From contig NC_043006.1 in the NCBI RefSeq assembly GCF_006345805.1, positions 70,370,001 to 70,434,000 of the forward strand: a DNA stretch of 64,000 nt, in the 5' to 3' direction. Shown piece by piece: positions 1 through 12,071 of the stretch. Made by a program: the position numbers and the translations under genes. The notes under the pieces were generated by a model. It ran no database searches, was not told where the DNA came from, and saw nothing but the letters and a program-made list of their open reading frames with translations. Positions within the stretch are counted from its first letter, which is position 1, and every line of letters begins with the position of its first letter. The DNA comes from Octopus sinensis. Its lineage: Eukaryota.

Positions 1-54
<54 letters not shown>

Positions 55-70
55 TTATCTATTTATCTAT
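1..70. repeat. (CT)n/(CTAT)n microsatellite
   Basis: Direct reading of the sequence. Confidence 0.95.
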
Positions 71-256
71 CTATTGATTTGTTTGTTTCTTAATCTTTGC
101 ACAGTCTCCCATTCCTCCGTTCCTCCTTCCCTCTTGCCCTGTATATAACTACTATATTCCCTTCCTTCCTTTCCCTCACTAGCTCATGCTACAGGCCTGC
201 ACTTTCCAGCTGTACCGCACGGTCACACCACAATTAAATGATAGCAAACCCAGCAG

Positions 257-1130
257 TTAACAGCAGCAGTAGTTTGCCAGTGGTGTTACCTGTAGGGCTG
301 CTGGAATGCAGTAGCAGTTGGCAGTAGTAGTGATAGTGGTAGTGGTGTAGCAGTAGTGTGACAGTGGTGTCATCCATAGGGCTGCTGGAATGCAGTAGTA
401 GTGACAGTGGTAATGATGTAGCAGTAGTGTCACCTGTAGGGCTGCTGAAATGCAGTAGTAGTGGCAGTGGTAGTGATGTGGCAGTAGTGTCACCTGTAGG
501 GCTGCTGGAATGCAGTAGTAGTGGCAGTGGTAGTGATGTAGCAGTAGTGTGGCAGTAGTGTCACCTGTAGGGCTGTTGGAATGCAGTAGTAGTGGCAGTG
601 GTAATGATGTCGCAGTAGTGTCACCTGTAGGGCTGCTGAAATGCAGTAGTAGTGGCAGTGGTAGTGATGTGGCAGTAGTGTCACTTGTAGGGCTGCTGGA
701 ATGCAGTAGTAGTGGCAGTGGTAGTGATGTAGCAGTAGTGTCACTTGTAGGGCTGCTGGAATGCAGTAGTAGTGGCAGTGGTAGTGATGTAGCAGTAGTG
801 TGGCAGTAGTGTCACCTGTAGGGCTGTTGGAATGCAGTAGTAGTGGCAGTGGTAGTGATGTAGCAGTAGTGTCACCTGTAGGGCTGTTGGAATGCAGTAG
901 TAGTGGCAGTGGTAGTGATGTAGCAGTAGTGTCACCTGTAGGGCTGCTGGAATGCAGTAGTAGTGGCAGTGGTAGTGATGTAGCAGTAGTGTCACCTGTA
1001 GGGCTGTTGGAATGCAGTAGTAGTTGGCAGGTGTAGTGATACTGGTGTTAACAGCAGTGGCCATGTTGTAGCAGTAGTACGACAGTGCTGTAACCTGTAG
1101 CACTACTGGAATGCAGTAGTAGTGACAGTG
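257..1130. repeat. 60-bp minisatellite, about 12 well-conserved units plus degenerate flanks
   Basis: Unit GCAGTAGTGTCACCTGTAGGGCTGCTGGAATGCAGTAGTAGTGGCAGTGGTAGTGATGTA starts at 421, 481, 552, 612, 672, 732, 803, 863, 923 and 983. Partial 11-bp units lie at 541 and 792. Confidence 0.95.
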
Positions 1131-1289
1131 TTGTTGCTGGTGCAGTAGTAGTTGGAGCTACAGTATTATGAATGGTGTGAAAGGCAACTGAGAATCAAAC
1201 ATGGCACCATGAAAAATCAAGACACCAAAGATGGGGAGTGTATGTGTGTGTGGTGGGGGAACATCTTGCTAGTAAAACAACAGACATGT

Positions 1290-1990
1290 TCAACTAGATA
1301 CATCGAAGACACAGGTTATTAAGCCTAATGATGGCCCCGATTCGGCGACAGAAGCCACTATATGCCAAGATCAGGAGGTCCTCCTCCACATGCTATAGTG
1401 CACATAACAGTAGTGCCTCCACCACACGTCCTTTGCACTGTGTGGTCATGACCCTTCCACTCCGATGACATCTCAGATGCATCCAAACCAGGAGTGCTAG
1501 GAGAATGCATAATGTTTGGAGAAGCATGATCATGTGGTTACACTGGATTTTTGCTGGGCATAAACAGCTTTCTCATTACATAGGACTTGTATTGCATGTT
1601 TCCGTGCACCACACATCTGATAGCGGACTCTGTCACCTCAAGTTTTTTGATGATGGCCTTCATCAACTCGCTGGGGTTGGCAATGATAATGCCCTGGATC
1701 TGTTGGGCTAGCTTCGCCATCTTTATGATGTCTGGCCGCTGAGAATATTTCATTTTCATGACCACAGATGACATGCACATCTCCGGCAGAGTACTCCGGC
1801 TATTTCTCAACCTTTAATGCCAGGGATCTCGCCACATTCAAGGTGCTAGAAATTCCTTTGTCTGAGGACAGGAGCCACGTGCACAATGTGCATTTTCATT
1901 TCATCTGTCAGAGTGGAATCTACCATGCTGAGGCTATTGATATATCTGAAAGAGAAATGAGAAAGTTAAAATTTGGCACGTACTGCATAA
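1290..1990 (-). mobile_element. Tc1/mariner-superfamily transposase relic, internally deleted
   Basis: The minus strand gives N-terminal HTH-like pieces (ISSTLNVARSLALKV; IIANPSELMKAIIKKLEVTESAIRCVVHGNMQYKSYVMRK). These join directly to C-terminal pieces (HDHASPNIMHSPSTPGLD, resembling the WPPSSPDLN motif; EEDLLILAYSGFCRRIGAII). Stops and frameshifts are present. Confidence 0.75.
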
Positions 1991-2241
1991 TATTATGTTA
2001 GGTTGTCTTCTATGCATGACCTGATGAAGTATGGTCACAAATAACGGGGGCACCTGATGATGGTGCAGTAGCAGAGTACTGTTATAGTAGCAGTAACAGT
2101 AGTAGTAGTAGTAGTTCTGTAATGTTGCAGTACTAGTGTAGTTTTTGCAGTAGTATGTTGATGCTGTAATAACAGTGTAGACGTGGTAGTTGTATCTCGG
2201 TTTAACATTGTCTCCTGCTCTGTGGGTGACTTTAGCAAAGT

Positions 2242-2356
2242 TTACTCTGTTGCAAACATTTGGGTTAGGTTTCCAGTTAGGGGAGTAACTTCCTCTTCAC
2301 CACCAATCTCAGGAGTCTCTGAAAAAGGATCACGAGTGCTACTCTTCCTACTTTTG
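2242..2356 (-). CDS. Candidate coding exon KSRKSSTRDPFSETPEIGGEEEVTPLTGNLTQMFATE* (product unknown)
   Basis: T-rich tract followed by TTAG acceptor at 2358-2357, then 37 open codons in a unique island. No recognised homology. Confidence 0.35.
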
Positions 2357-3135
2357 CTAAGCGATAAATTAAGAAACAAAAAACAACATAAAAATAACAT
2401 GTAGAAGTGATGGATCATTCATCGGTTTCTATGATGACTATTCCATCTGTTTAATCAAATCAACTTCCAAGTCATGAAATTAACCAGTAAGTGGCTGAAT
2501 ATTCCGCAGTCACTTCTATCCTTAAAAGTAATTCAAACATTAATTTTATCATCTCTTAAAAGGTTGATTCTTTGAATTAAAAAGTACAATCCCACAGACG
2601 GATTTCTGTACAGTTTCCATCTATCCAATTTCATTCACAGGATTTTTGTTGACTTGTGACTATAGTAAAACATTTGTCCAACATACAAACCCTAGTGGTG
2701 GACCCAAGGAGTTGGGTGAGGGCTGAGGGGCACGTGCCCATCTCAAGAAAAGAAGTGTGCCCTTCCTAATAATGTGCCCTTCCTTTTCTCCTGGATTTGT
2801 ATTCCCTTCTGACCTTGTGTCCTCTCATCAAAAATTTCCTGGGACTGTGCCTGAACCCGTGACCTCATAATTGTGAAACGAACTTCATTGTAATTTGCCT
2901 ATGCATGCATCCAGTGTAGCAATAGAAGTGTACTTGTTGCTGGAGTAGTGTAGCAGTAGTAGTGTGGTTATTGCAGTTGTAGGGGAACAACAGAAGTGTA
3001 AAAGTAGTAAAGAAGCAGTAGTCGTTGCAGTAGTACTGTAGCAGTGGTAGTCGTTGCAGCAGTAGTAATATAACAGTAGCAGCATAGCAGCAATAATAAC
3101 AATCTCTCGTGATAACAAAACTTGTAGCAGCAACA

Positions 3136-3302
<167 letters not shown>

Positions 3303-3379
3303 GGTGTTTGCATCTGTAGCAGCAGCAATGCAGTAGCACCAACATCAGCTGCTGCAAACAGCAATAACATTTTATAGTA

Positions 3380-4642
3380 TGTCTCTGGACCCTTATTTTC
3401 TCATCTCTTTCCTGCCACTCTCTCTCTCTCCCTCTTTCTCTTTCATTCTCTATTTCACTCCCCCTCTCATTGTTATTTTCTCTCTCTCCTCCCCACTCCT
3501 CTCACTCTCTAGTTCAGTTCACCCTTTCTGCTATTTTCTCTCTCTTTTCCTCTTTCTCCCTCGTTTTTTTTCTCCGTAACTCTCATTTCTTTTTTTTTAT
3601 TTCAGTTTCTCTGTCTCACTTTGTATTTTCCTCCTTTTCTCTCTTGCTCTCTTAGTTTTCTCAGCCTTTACTCCCATTTCTCCCTTATTATTTTTCTGGT
3701 TTCCCGTTTTCTTCACATTCATTCTCTCTCTTTGCCGTTTTGTTCTCTTTCTCTCATCCTTCTACGACAGTTTCTTCCTGCTTCTCTCTGTATTCTTCCT
3801 TCGCCTCCTCTTCTATTTAAATTATCCACTCTTTCCTTTTCCTTCTCTCCCCCCTCTCTCTTCTCATCTTTCTCTTTCCTCCTCTCTCATTCCTTTATAA
3901 TCTCTATTCCCTTCTCTCTGTCTCTTTTTAACTCCTACCCCGTCACAAATTTTTACCATTTTCATTTTGTGCACTTCCTCACGTATTACCCTTTCTTTCC
4001 ACCTTTACTCTCACCCCCACACTCCTTTTCTAACTCTCTGCCTATCTCTTTCCTCTTCCTCGTCTTAATTTCTTAACAGATCTCATTTACTACCTTTCCC
4101 TCCCTATTTCTTAATGCTCTTATTTTTTTTTACTCTCGTTCCCCCTCTCTCTCTCATACAATTTATTACCTTCTCTATTCTGTACTTACACTTTCTCTAT
4201 ATCTATATGATTTTCTCTGTTTATCATTTCTCTTTCTCTTTTCCAAAACATCACCCTTTTATCTTTTAACATCGATTACAGCTTTCAGTCTCCCTGGTTT
4301 CATTTCACACTATTTACTTCTCTTTCATTTCCCTCTCTCAAAATGTTTATCTTTCTTTTTTTTTTCCCTCTTTTTCACAGTGTTTCATCCTTTCTCTCTC
4401 AGCTTCCATCTCTTTTCAATAATACTCTCTCGTTTTCACTCTCTCAATAACGATTTTCACAGGCTTAAACTCTCTCTGTATGTCTCAGGCCCTTTCTCAA
4501 GCTTTCTCTCTCTCTCTCTATCACTTAGTCCCTTTTCCATTTCTTATTATCCCTCGGTACCTCAGCGCTTCTCTTACATTTACTCTGTCTCTCTCTTTGC
4601 CTCTCCACCCCTTTTTTAAAAAACCTATTCTTGTTGTCTGTC

Positions 4643-4683
<41 letters not shown>

Positions 4684-5640
4684 AGAATACATAACCTCCT
4701 CTCTCTCATAGCCCCTCTAACATTAATAAAGTAACTCCTCTCTATCTCTCAGTCCCTCTCTCTTTCACACACTAACTTTCACTTTGTCTGTCACCCCTCT
4801 TTCATTTATACTTATATCTCTCTCTTTGTTTCTCAGCACCTCCATCATTTATAAACTAACTCTTCCTCAATCTCTCCTTCCTCTTTTTCACGATTCTTTC
4901 CCATTGCCTCAGACTCTCTGTCTCTCATTCTCCCCCTTACTCTCATCTCCCCTCTCTATCTCTATAGTTCTTTCTCTCTATCATACAATTACACTCACTA
5001 TCATAAGCCCTTTCTTTTTTATTATCCAACTCTCACTGGGTTCCGTAGCCCCTTTCTATTTTACATCTTACATTTGTTCTGGCTCGTAGCCCTCTCTCTA
5101 GTAAAACCTACCTATCTCATTTGTATCAGCTTCTCCGTTTCATTCATAAGCATATTCTCCCTCTGCTTTACTGCCCCTTTCTCCATCAAACACCACCTCT
5201 TTTCTTCAGTCTCTCAGCCCCTCTCTCTATAGAACATTACCTTTCTTTCGCCCTCTCTTAGTGCCAACCCTCTCTATCAAGCATTATCCCTTTCACTCTC
5301 ATCTACTCTCTCCATCAGACACTATTTCTTCTTCTCTGTCTCTCTCTCAGTCTCTCCTTTATTAAATACTTTCTCTCTTTTTCTCTCTTACGACCCCTCC
5401 CTGAAATAAGCGCTACCTCTCTTTCACTTTTATGACCCCCTCCCTCAAATAAACGTTACCTCTTTCCCGTTGTTTTCAACTCCTCTCTATATCGAACACT
5501 CCCTCTGTCTCACCACTCCTCTCTCCATCAAACATCGCCTATTTATCCCCATCTCTCAGTCTCTCCCTCTTTATCAAACATTACCTATTTCCATCTATCT
5601 CTCAGCCCCTCTCTATTTCATGCCTACTCTCCCTCTGCCT
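3380..5640. repeat. 2.3 kb degenerate CT-rich (polypyrimidine/polypurine) tract
   Basis: The plus strand is dominated by C and T and nearly devoid of G, with embedded (CT)n runs. Confidence 0.9.
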
Positions 5641-5656
5641 CAGAACCAGGCTCCAT
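5628..5656 (-). CDS. Candidate first coding exon MEPGSEAEG(D)
   Basis: GCCGCCGACATGG Kozak context at 5656 in a CpG-rich island. The donor GA|GTAGGC is phase 2 and compatible with the 2356 exon. Confidence 0.3.
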
Positions 5657-8013
5657 GTCGGCGGCAGCGCCGTAGTGTTTCAGTTAAAAACAGTGGCAGT
5701 CGTGATTGAAACCTGGACGGCCGTTTAATTCTTGGATAAAAATCGAGCCTTGTCGCCCCTAGTAGACCCATATACACATACTAGGAGCAGAGCCAGGAAA
5801 AGAAAGGGGCCAAAGCCAGCCATTGTGGTAAGTTCCTCATATAATAATAAGGATAATAATAATTTGTGATGTGTGTCTGTAGTGTGTGAATGTTTGTCTG
5901 ACACTACACACACACACATATACACACACGTGTATATATGTGTGTGTGTATGTAGGTGTTAGCGTGTATGTAATATATGTGCCCCAGCATGGCCACAGCT
6001 CGAGAGCTGAAACTAGATAAAAGATATACACACGCTTATATATATATGTAAACTGAATCTGTAAATATGTTGTGTATATATTTATATCAATGAATATTGT
6101 CCCACTATGTAAATGAAATGCATGTATGTATATGTGTATGTATATTTATGTGTGTATGTGTAATTATTGTTCCTCTGTGTAATATGAGTTTTGTGTGTGC
6201 TTGTATCACACACACACACACACACGTATAATGAAATGATGTGTGTGTGCGCGCGCGTGCGTGTGAGTGACTGAATATTGTCCCACTACATAAGTATTAT
6301 ATGTATGTGTGTGTATATATATAAATTGATTATTGTCCCTCTATGTGATATGAGTATGTATATATATAATATATTTGTATGTATGTAGTCAATATGCGAT
6401 AAGATGGATGTATATATAAATGTGATGCTAGCCATTGTTGTAGCATGCTTCTGAGAACGGCTTCCGTTGTTGGTAGTGCCAGCAACCATCTCCAGACTTT
6501 TGGTACCCCACAGATACACATGTGCCCGCACGCACGCACACACATACACACACACATGTATAAATTATATACACACACATACATAACAGACTGTTTAATG
6601 TATCTTCTCTTCTCTCATTTCATTTTTCCTTTCTTTCACACACAGTCATGTATATAATATGTATGTATAACGTGTATGTATTTACAAGTATATATAACGT
6701 GAAATATTTAAAGGCACCTACATGTGAGAAATAGGTTATATATACATGAGTGTGTGTGTATGTGTGCATACCGTGTAAGTATTAAATTCAAGCATATGTG
6801 TTATAAAGATGTTAAGAAGGCAATAAATACGCACACATTATTATTATATATTTGTATCGTTTATAGAATGTGTCCGATTTTTATATACATTTGTTATTGT
6901 GCAGAGACACCCTCTGTTTGTGTGTGTATATATATTATATATATTGATTTTATATAGATGCACATACGTAACTTTAAACAAACACATGTAATAATAAATT
7001 ATACCGGTTTTACTACAATGTGTTATATATATATATATACTAATGAGAGAGAGTATATTTACATCGATGTGATGATACTGTGTTGAAAAATATAAAAGAA
7101 ATATATTTTTTTCATCTTCCAACTTGGTTTATCCCCAATATTGAATTCTAATATAAGCACAAGAGATACCAAATAATGGGAATATTGGAAATGTATTTAT
7201 CCAATCTTTGACTGGGTCTTATTTCATCGACCCTTAAGGAAAGAATTGTAATGTCGACCGTGGCGGAATTCGAACTCAGTAACAATAGAGAGTGGCATGG
7301 TCCCATAGAAAAAAGGTTTCAATCATGTTTCGATTCTACCAGACACTGCAATCTGGTTCCTATTTGGAGCCATTTCAATAATGCGAATGTCATCAGTGCG
7401 AAAAGGGTGAACACCACAACATCTCGTTTTACTTTCACTTTTAACAAACACCTCCTGATTTCTCCCGTGTTATCTCTTTAAAAGAAGGGCTTATATTTCG
7501 GATATAGTGTGATCAGCGATCCAGTTTCGGTGCTTGCTTAGAATTATTATACCTCAGATTTTACAGTTAATACTTGTAAGGAAATCAAGATCACAACTTC
7601 TCCACTTGACATATGATTAAAGAAATATTTCCGAATTTCATCACACACGCACAAAAACAATCTGACTTTACATCCATATGTGTGTATGAGTGTGTGTATT
7701 ACAAACAAAAGAGAAAAATGATGAGTTTATTCGATGCTGACATGATACTCTGAGTTTGTCGTTCCCGTTCTGCAGTCGCTGTCAAGAATAAAAGCAGGAA
7801 ACTTGGAGTAGCGAAGGAGTGCAGCTTCACATAGATAACCTTCTTTACATTAACACACATTTAAACACTGCACCCCACCAATCATTATATATATACATAC
7901 ACACACACACACACACACACACATTATTATACTTGGGGATGGTCATTTGTTTGGAGGGGGGCCAAATAATCACACGCAGTATATACTCCTTTTTCACTAC
8001 ATGCACGCACGAG

Positions 8014-8047
<34 letters not shown>

Positions 8048-8463
8048 AGAAGCCACTTATAATCATATATGTCAAACCGTTGTTGTTATCTAAAAGCTTC
8101 TGTGTGTGTGTGTATACTAAGTATTTACTGGGTTTAGGTTTTTGAGATCTGGCCATCCTAGAACATTTGTATGATGAAAGACCAAATGAATCAAGCCTGT
8201 TGTTCCTAGAGCCTAGAATTCGCATGTGATTCTAGTTTCTGTTCTCTTGTACAGTACTTTGGACAAGTAGCTTCTACTGTAGCCGCAGGTTTTACCAATG
8301 ACTTGTGAGTAAAATCTGGTAGATGATAACTGTGCTGAAACCTGTCATATATATATAATTAAGGAATTATGAATTTATTGGTGCATTGAACAAAAATAGC
8401 TTGTGTATTTATTCCATGTGAGGTATACATCCCTTTATGTCATGAAAGATTTAGCTATTCAGT

Positions 8464-8551
8464 AACTTGGTAGCATAGTAGGTAGTGTGCCGGTCTCATA
8501 ATCTGAAACTGAGCTGTCTGAAGGTCATGATTTCAATCCTCGCCTGGAGCC
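8464..8551 (+). pseudogene. tRNA-Met(CAT) elongator-type pseudogene with a 15-bp insertion
   Basis: TAGCATAGTAGGTAGTGTGCCGGTCTCATAATCTGAA...GGTCATGATTTCAATCCTCGCCTGGAGC aligns with eukaryotic elongator tRNA-Met. The anticodon loop CTCATAA is intact, the acceptor stem is broken, and a T-run follows. Confidence 0.75.
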
Positions 8552-8560
8552 CAACTTTTT

Positions 8561-8940
8561 ATAGGCACAGGCATGGTTGTGTGTTTTGAAGACTTGCTTT
8601 GCAACCCTGTGGTTTTGGGTTCAGTCCCACTGCACAGTACCTTGGGTAACTGGCTTCTGCTATAGCCCCAGGCTGACTAATGCCTTGTGTTTGAATTTTG
8701 TAGACAGGAACTGTGTAGAAACCCATTTTCTGTGAGTGTGTGTGTGTGTGTGTGTTTGTCACCACCCCCTACCACTGCTTGATAACTGGGGTTAGTTGTT
8801 TTCATCCCCGTGACTTAGCAGTTCAGCAAAAGAGCCGATTAAAAAGAGGAAAAAACACAAGTACTGGGGTCAATTTGTTTGACAGTGCCCCAGCATGGCC
8901 ATGGTCTAATGATTAAAACAAAAGATAGAAGATGAATAAA
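8561..8940 (+). mobile_element. SINE family A (tRNA-like head, about 400 bp), diverged copy
   Basis: Colinear with copies at 13320, 19700 and 43818. Confidence 0.8.
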
Positions 8941-9109
8941 AGATAAATGATGATTGAGGAATTAAGTACCTGACTACCGTGAACAACAGTCAAGCTAAAA
9001 CAGCTAAAAGTGGTGCTCCAGTGTGGTCGTAGTACCAAAAGGTTGACACCAGAATAATAACTGATCTTCAACTGTATTCACGTCAATGGTCTCAAGGCAG
9101 TGAAGGTGC

Positions 9110-9590
9110 TTTCGTGTGGTCATTTGATCTGCTAGAAATTACAATCAAATGCCTCTCAAATCACACTTTACCATTTTAAAATAGAATATGTAGTCCTGTG
9201 TTCTTGGCACATAAGAAAAAGATGTTGGTCACTGTTGGAGTATGTTGGATCATAGGTTTGCTGAATCAGGACTGACCTGGGGCTAAACAACCAGAACAAT
9301 GACACTATACACCACATAACACTGTTGTAGTCTAAGATACATTATAGGATGATCACAATGTGTTCGCTTTTGATCTTAGGGTCTGCTGACTTTGGGTTGA
9401 CCTTGGGTTAAACAATAAGTCTGTATGTCAGGAGTCTACATGTGAATATTCAGCTTGCTAGAAATAACAGCCAAATCTGCCTCCAATCTTCAATAAAAAG
9501 GACATATTGAATAGTGTGAGCCTGAAAAAATGTTGGATTGCATGTGATGATGGGTTTGTTCAATCAGGGCTGGCCTGTGGTTAAATAATG
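9110..9590 (+). mobile_element. Dispersed repeat family G (TGCTAGAAATAGCAGCCAAA ... (CAA)n), two degenerate copies
   Basis: The same motifs recur at about 24720, 26140 (-), 28640-28970, 29650-29960, 45820, 47280 and 50350. The class is uncertain. Confidence 0.6.
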
Positions 9591-9743
9591 ACCTCAGGTC
9601 TTCCTCTGGGAAAATCAGTAAAAGTTGTGGGTTCTTATCCTCTTTCTTCGATTAAATAATGAAAAAAAAAAAGGAAAAAAGTAAGTCTGCAGTTGCCTCT
9701 ATATGTGTTCAGAAACATTCAGATTATTATCTTATTCCACACC

Positions 9744-10341
9744 TATGAGAATGTGCTGAAAAGTTCCTGGCTTTAAGGGTCTAGCAAAAGGGCTGTTTGG
9801 AGGCCCAGTCTTCTGAGTTCTTTTACAGGGCTTAGGAAAACAAGGACTGCTGCAATAAGTGTGTGAATCTGAGACAGAAATATGATGAATGCCTGGCCCC
9901 CGTGCCGGTGGCACGTAAAAAGCACCATCCGACCGTGGCTGTTTGCCAGCCCCGTCTGGCACCTAAAAAGCACCCACTACACTCACGGAGTGGTTGGCGT
10001 TAGGAAGGGCATCCAGTTGTAGAAACATTGCCAGATCAGACTGGGCCTAGTGCAGCCTTCTGGCCTCCCAGAGCCCAGTTGAACCGTTCAACCCATGCTA
10101 GCATGGAAAGTGGACCCTAAATGATGATGATGATTATATACATACATATATATGGAGGGAGACACACACATATATACATATACATATAGACATATACTAA
10201 ATGAAAGACAGAAGATGGAATATACGCATGGAAAACGGTCGCTAAATGATGATGATGATGATGATGATGAAATTCACAATTAACTGATCCTCCTGTATTA
10301 TCTTTTACCCAAAGCCATGAACTTTTCAGCACCCTCTTGTA
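9744..10341 (+). mobile_element. Mariner-derived MITE interrupted by a family B element
   Basis: TIR pair TATGAGAATGTGCTGAAAAGTTCCTGGCTTT / AAAGCCATGAACTTTTCAGCACCCTCTTGTA with TA ends. The interior encodes a mariner C-terminus remnant (CNKCVNLRQKYDE). Confidence 0.8.
9893..10270 (+). mobile_element. SINE-like family B (GTGCCGGTGGCACGTAAAAAGCACC modules, (GAT)n tail)
   Basis: Shares the tail GTCCAACCCATGCTAGCATGGAAAGCGGACGTTAAATGATGATG with more than 10 other copies. Confidence 0.85.
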
Positions 10342-10577
10342 CATATGTGTATGTGTGTATAAGCCATAATGAGCTAAGAGAAAGAACTCAGAGCAGCTAG
10401 TGGCATGTATTTAAGCAACATAGACAAATACAGGTATACCAAATAATGTACAACATTCATTCTTGATTTATTTAAAGTTTTCTCTGCTTCTAGAGGATGT
10501 ATCATAATTACTAAATGGCAATTAAGGTAGCATCTCTTCAGAAGGGGCGATAATCACAAGAATTGAGAGGTAATATT

Positions 10578-10813
10578 TATTTCTTTATTGCCTACAAGGG
10601 GCTAAACATAGAGGGGACAAACAATGACTGACAAAGGGATTAAGTCTATTACATTGACGCCAGTGTGTAACTGGTACTTATTTAATCGACCCCGAAAGGA
10701 TGAAAGGCAAAGTCGACCTCGGCGGAATTTGAACTCAGAACGTAACGGCAGACGAAATACCGCTAAGCATTTCGCCTGGCATGCTGACGTTTCTGCCAGC
10801 TTGCTGCCCTTAT
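10578..10813 (-). mobile_element. SINE family C (tRNA-like head) with a 15-bp TSD
   Basis: TTGAGAGGTAATATT is duplicated at 10563 and 10814. The body matches copies at 41578 and 45330. Confidence 0.9.
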
Positions 10814-11829
10814 TTGAGAGGTAATATTCTCACTTAAATGTGGACATTCTGTTAGAACAAACTATACAGCAGTGGTTTCTATGAGAGAAACTTTCCTAGT
10901 GGTTTTTTGGTGCAAAATGCACTTTTGTATATATCGCTAGGGAGGAGACAAATCCTTGCCACTTCCAGTGCCAAGATTTGTTTCCCCACTAGTGATATAA
11001 AGAAGAGTGCCTTTTGCCCCAGAAGCCAATATGAGGATTCCTCTCAAGGAATCTACCTCAGTATAGTTTGTTCTAAGTGGGTATAAATATTACTTCTTAG
11101 TATCAATACTGCCTCTATTGCTGATATATTATTTCAAGAATCAGGAACTCTCCAAAGCTGACATGCCAATAGGGAAAAGAACAGGCTTATTGTCTAGTGA
11201 TAAGAGGACAATCATGGACATGCATTTCTAGCATGATAGCAATCATCAGCACAGCAATTATCCAACCTTATCTCTTGTAACCAAGGGATTTGGTCTTATA
11301 CAAAAAGGATTAGAACATGTTTATACCTTAGGCAATTTGCATAATGTAAACAAAAGTGAGCTAAGACATGGTTGTGTGGTTAAGAATTTAATTTTGTAAC
11401 CATGTGCACCTTGGGCAGATGTCCTCTCCAGAGCCAGATCTCTCAAACGTAATATAGTGAATTTAAAAAAGAAACCTTGATTAACTGATATTATTGAAGC
11501 AATTAGTTGACAGAATCTCCCTCTAGATGTGTGTAAATTTTAAGAGCAACAAGCAGGTGAGCTAACTCCAATAAGATCAGTTGACTAAAATGTTTGGACA
11601 ATATAGGTCATGCAGATTGGTGTGGATCTGGTCTTTAAAGCCAATTAACGCAAGCATCAGGCATATTTCAGCCTTATTAGACCTCCTCAGCGCAATATAT
11701 TTCTCCTCAGTTGGTAAAACTAACAGTAACTGAGATGCATATTTGTTCATTCATTTATTTTAATGTCCACTTTTTTAATGCTAGCATGAGTTAGGTGAAT
11801 ACATATTCTCCCCATTTACTTCTGTTCAC

Positions 11830-11996
11830 CTTGTACCTTGAGGGTCCACCCTAATACTTCACCACCACCAATGTTATCTCTTTCCAGCTCCATCTGACCA
11901 CTCCCACTCTGTATTCTATAATGTAGGTAGCTGTGTAGCTCTTCTACAGTCTGCAGCAAGAAACCTGTAATGTATTGGCCACTTCTCTCTGTAGTC
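11830..11996 (-). CDS. Candidate internal exon TTERSGQYITGFLLQTVEELHSYLHYRIQSGSGQMELERDNIGGGEVLGWTLKVQ
   Basis: TTATTTAG acceptor, CAAG|GTGAAC donor, and 55 open codons in unique sequence. No recognised homology. Confidence 0.3.
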
Positions 11997-12071
11997 CTAA
12001 ATAATATTAGACTGAGTAGAATTTGACAAAGATAAACTGAACACTTTGGTGTATATATATATATATATATA

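Noticed and set aside
257-1130. CRISPR-like or repeat-protein interpretation of the 60-bp array
   Set aside because: There are no unique spacers or cas genes, the context is eukaryotic, and 11-bp inserts break the frame.
3379-5709. S/L/F-rich ORFs resembling membrane proteins
   Set aside because: They are a by-product of the CT-rich tract.
5725-5823. Secreted micropeptide MAGFGPFLFLALLLVCVYGSTRGDKARFLSKN
   Set aside because: The hydrophobic stretch coincides with a polypyrimidine tract that is explained equally well as a splice acceptor. It is kept only as one alternative in the 5640-5830 finding.
7290-7460. Minus-strand frame HPFRTDDIRIIEMAPNRNQIAVSGRIET, and a CTGATGA...GAAA motif at 7397-7374
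   Set aside because: There is no usable acceptor in frame (a stop lies just upstream), and the hammerhead stems do not pair.
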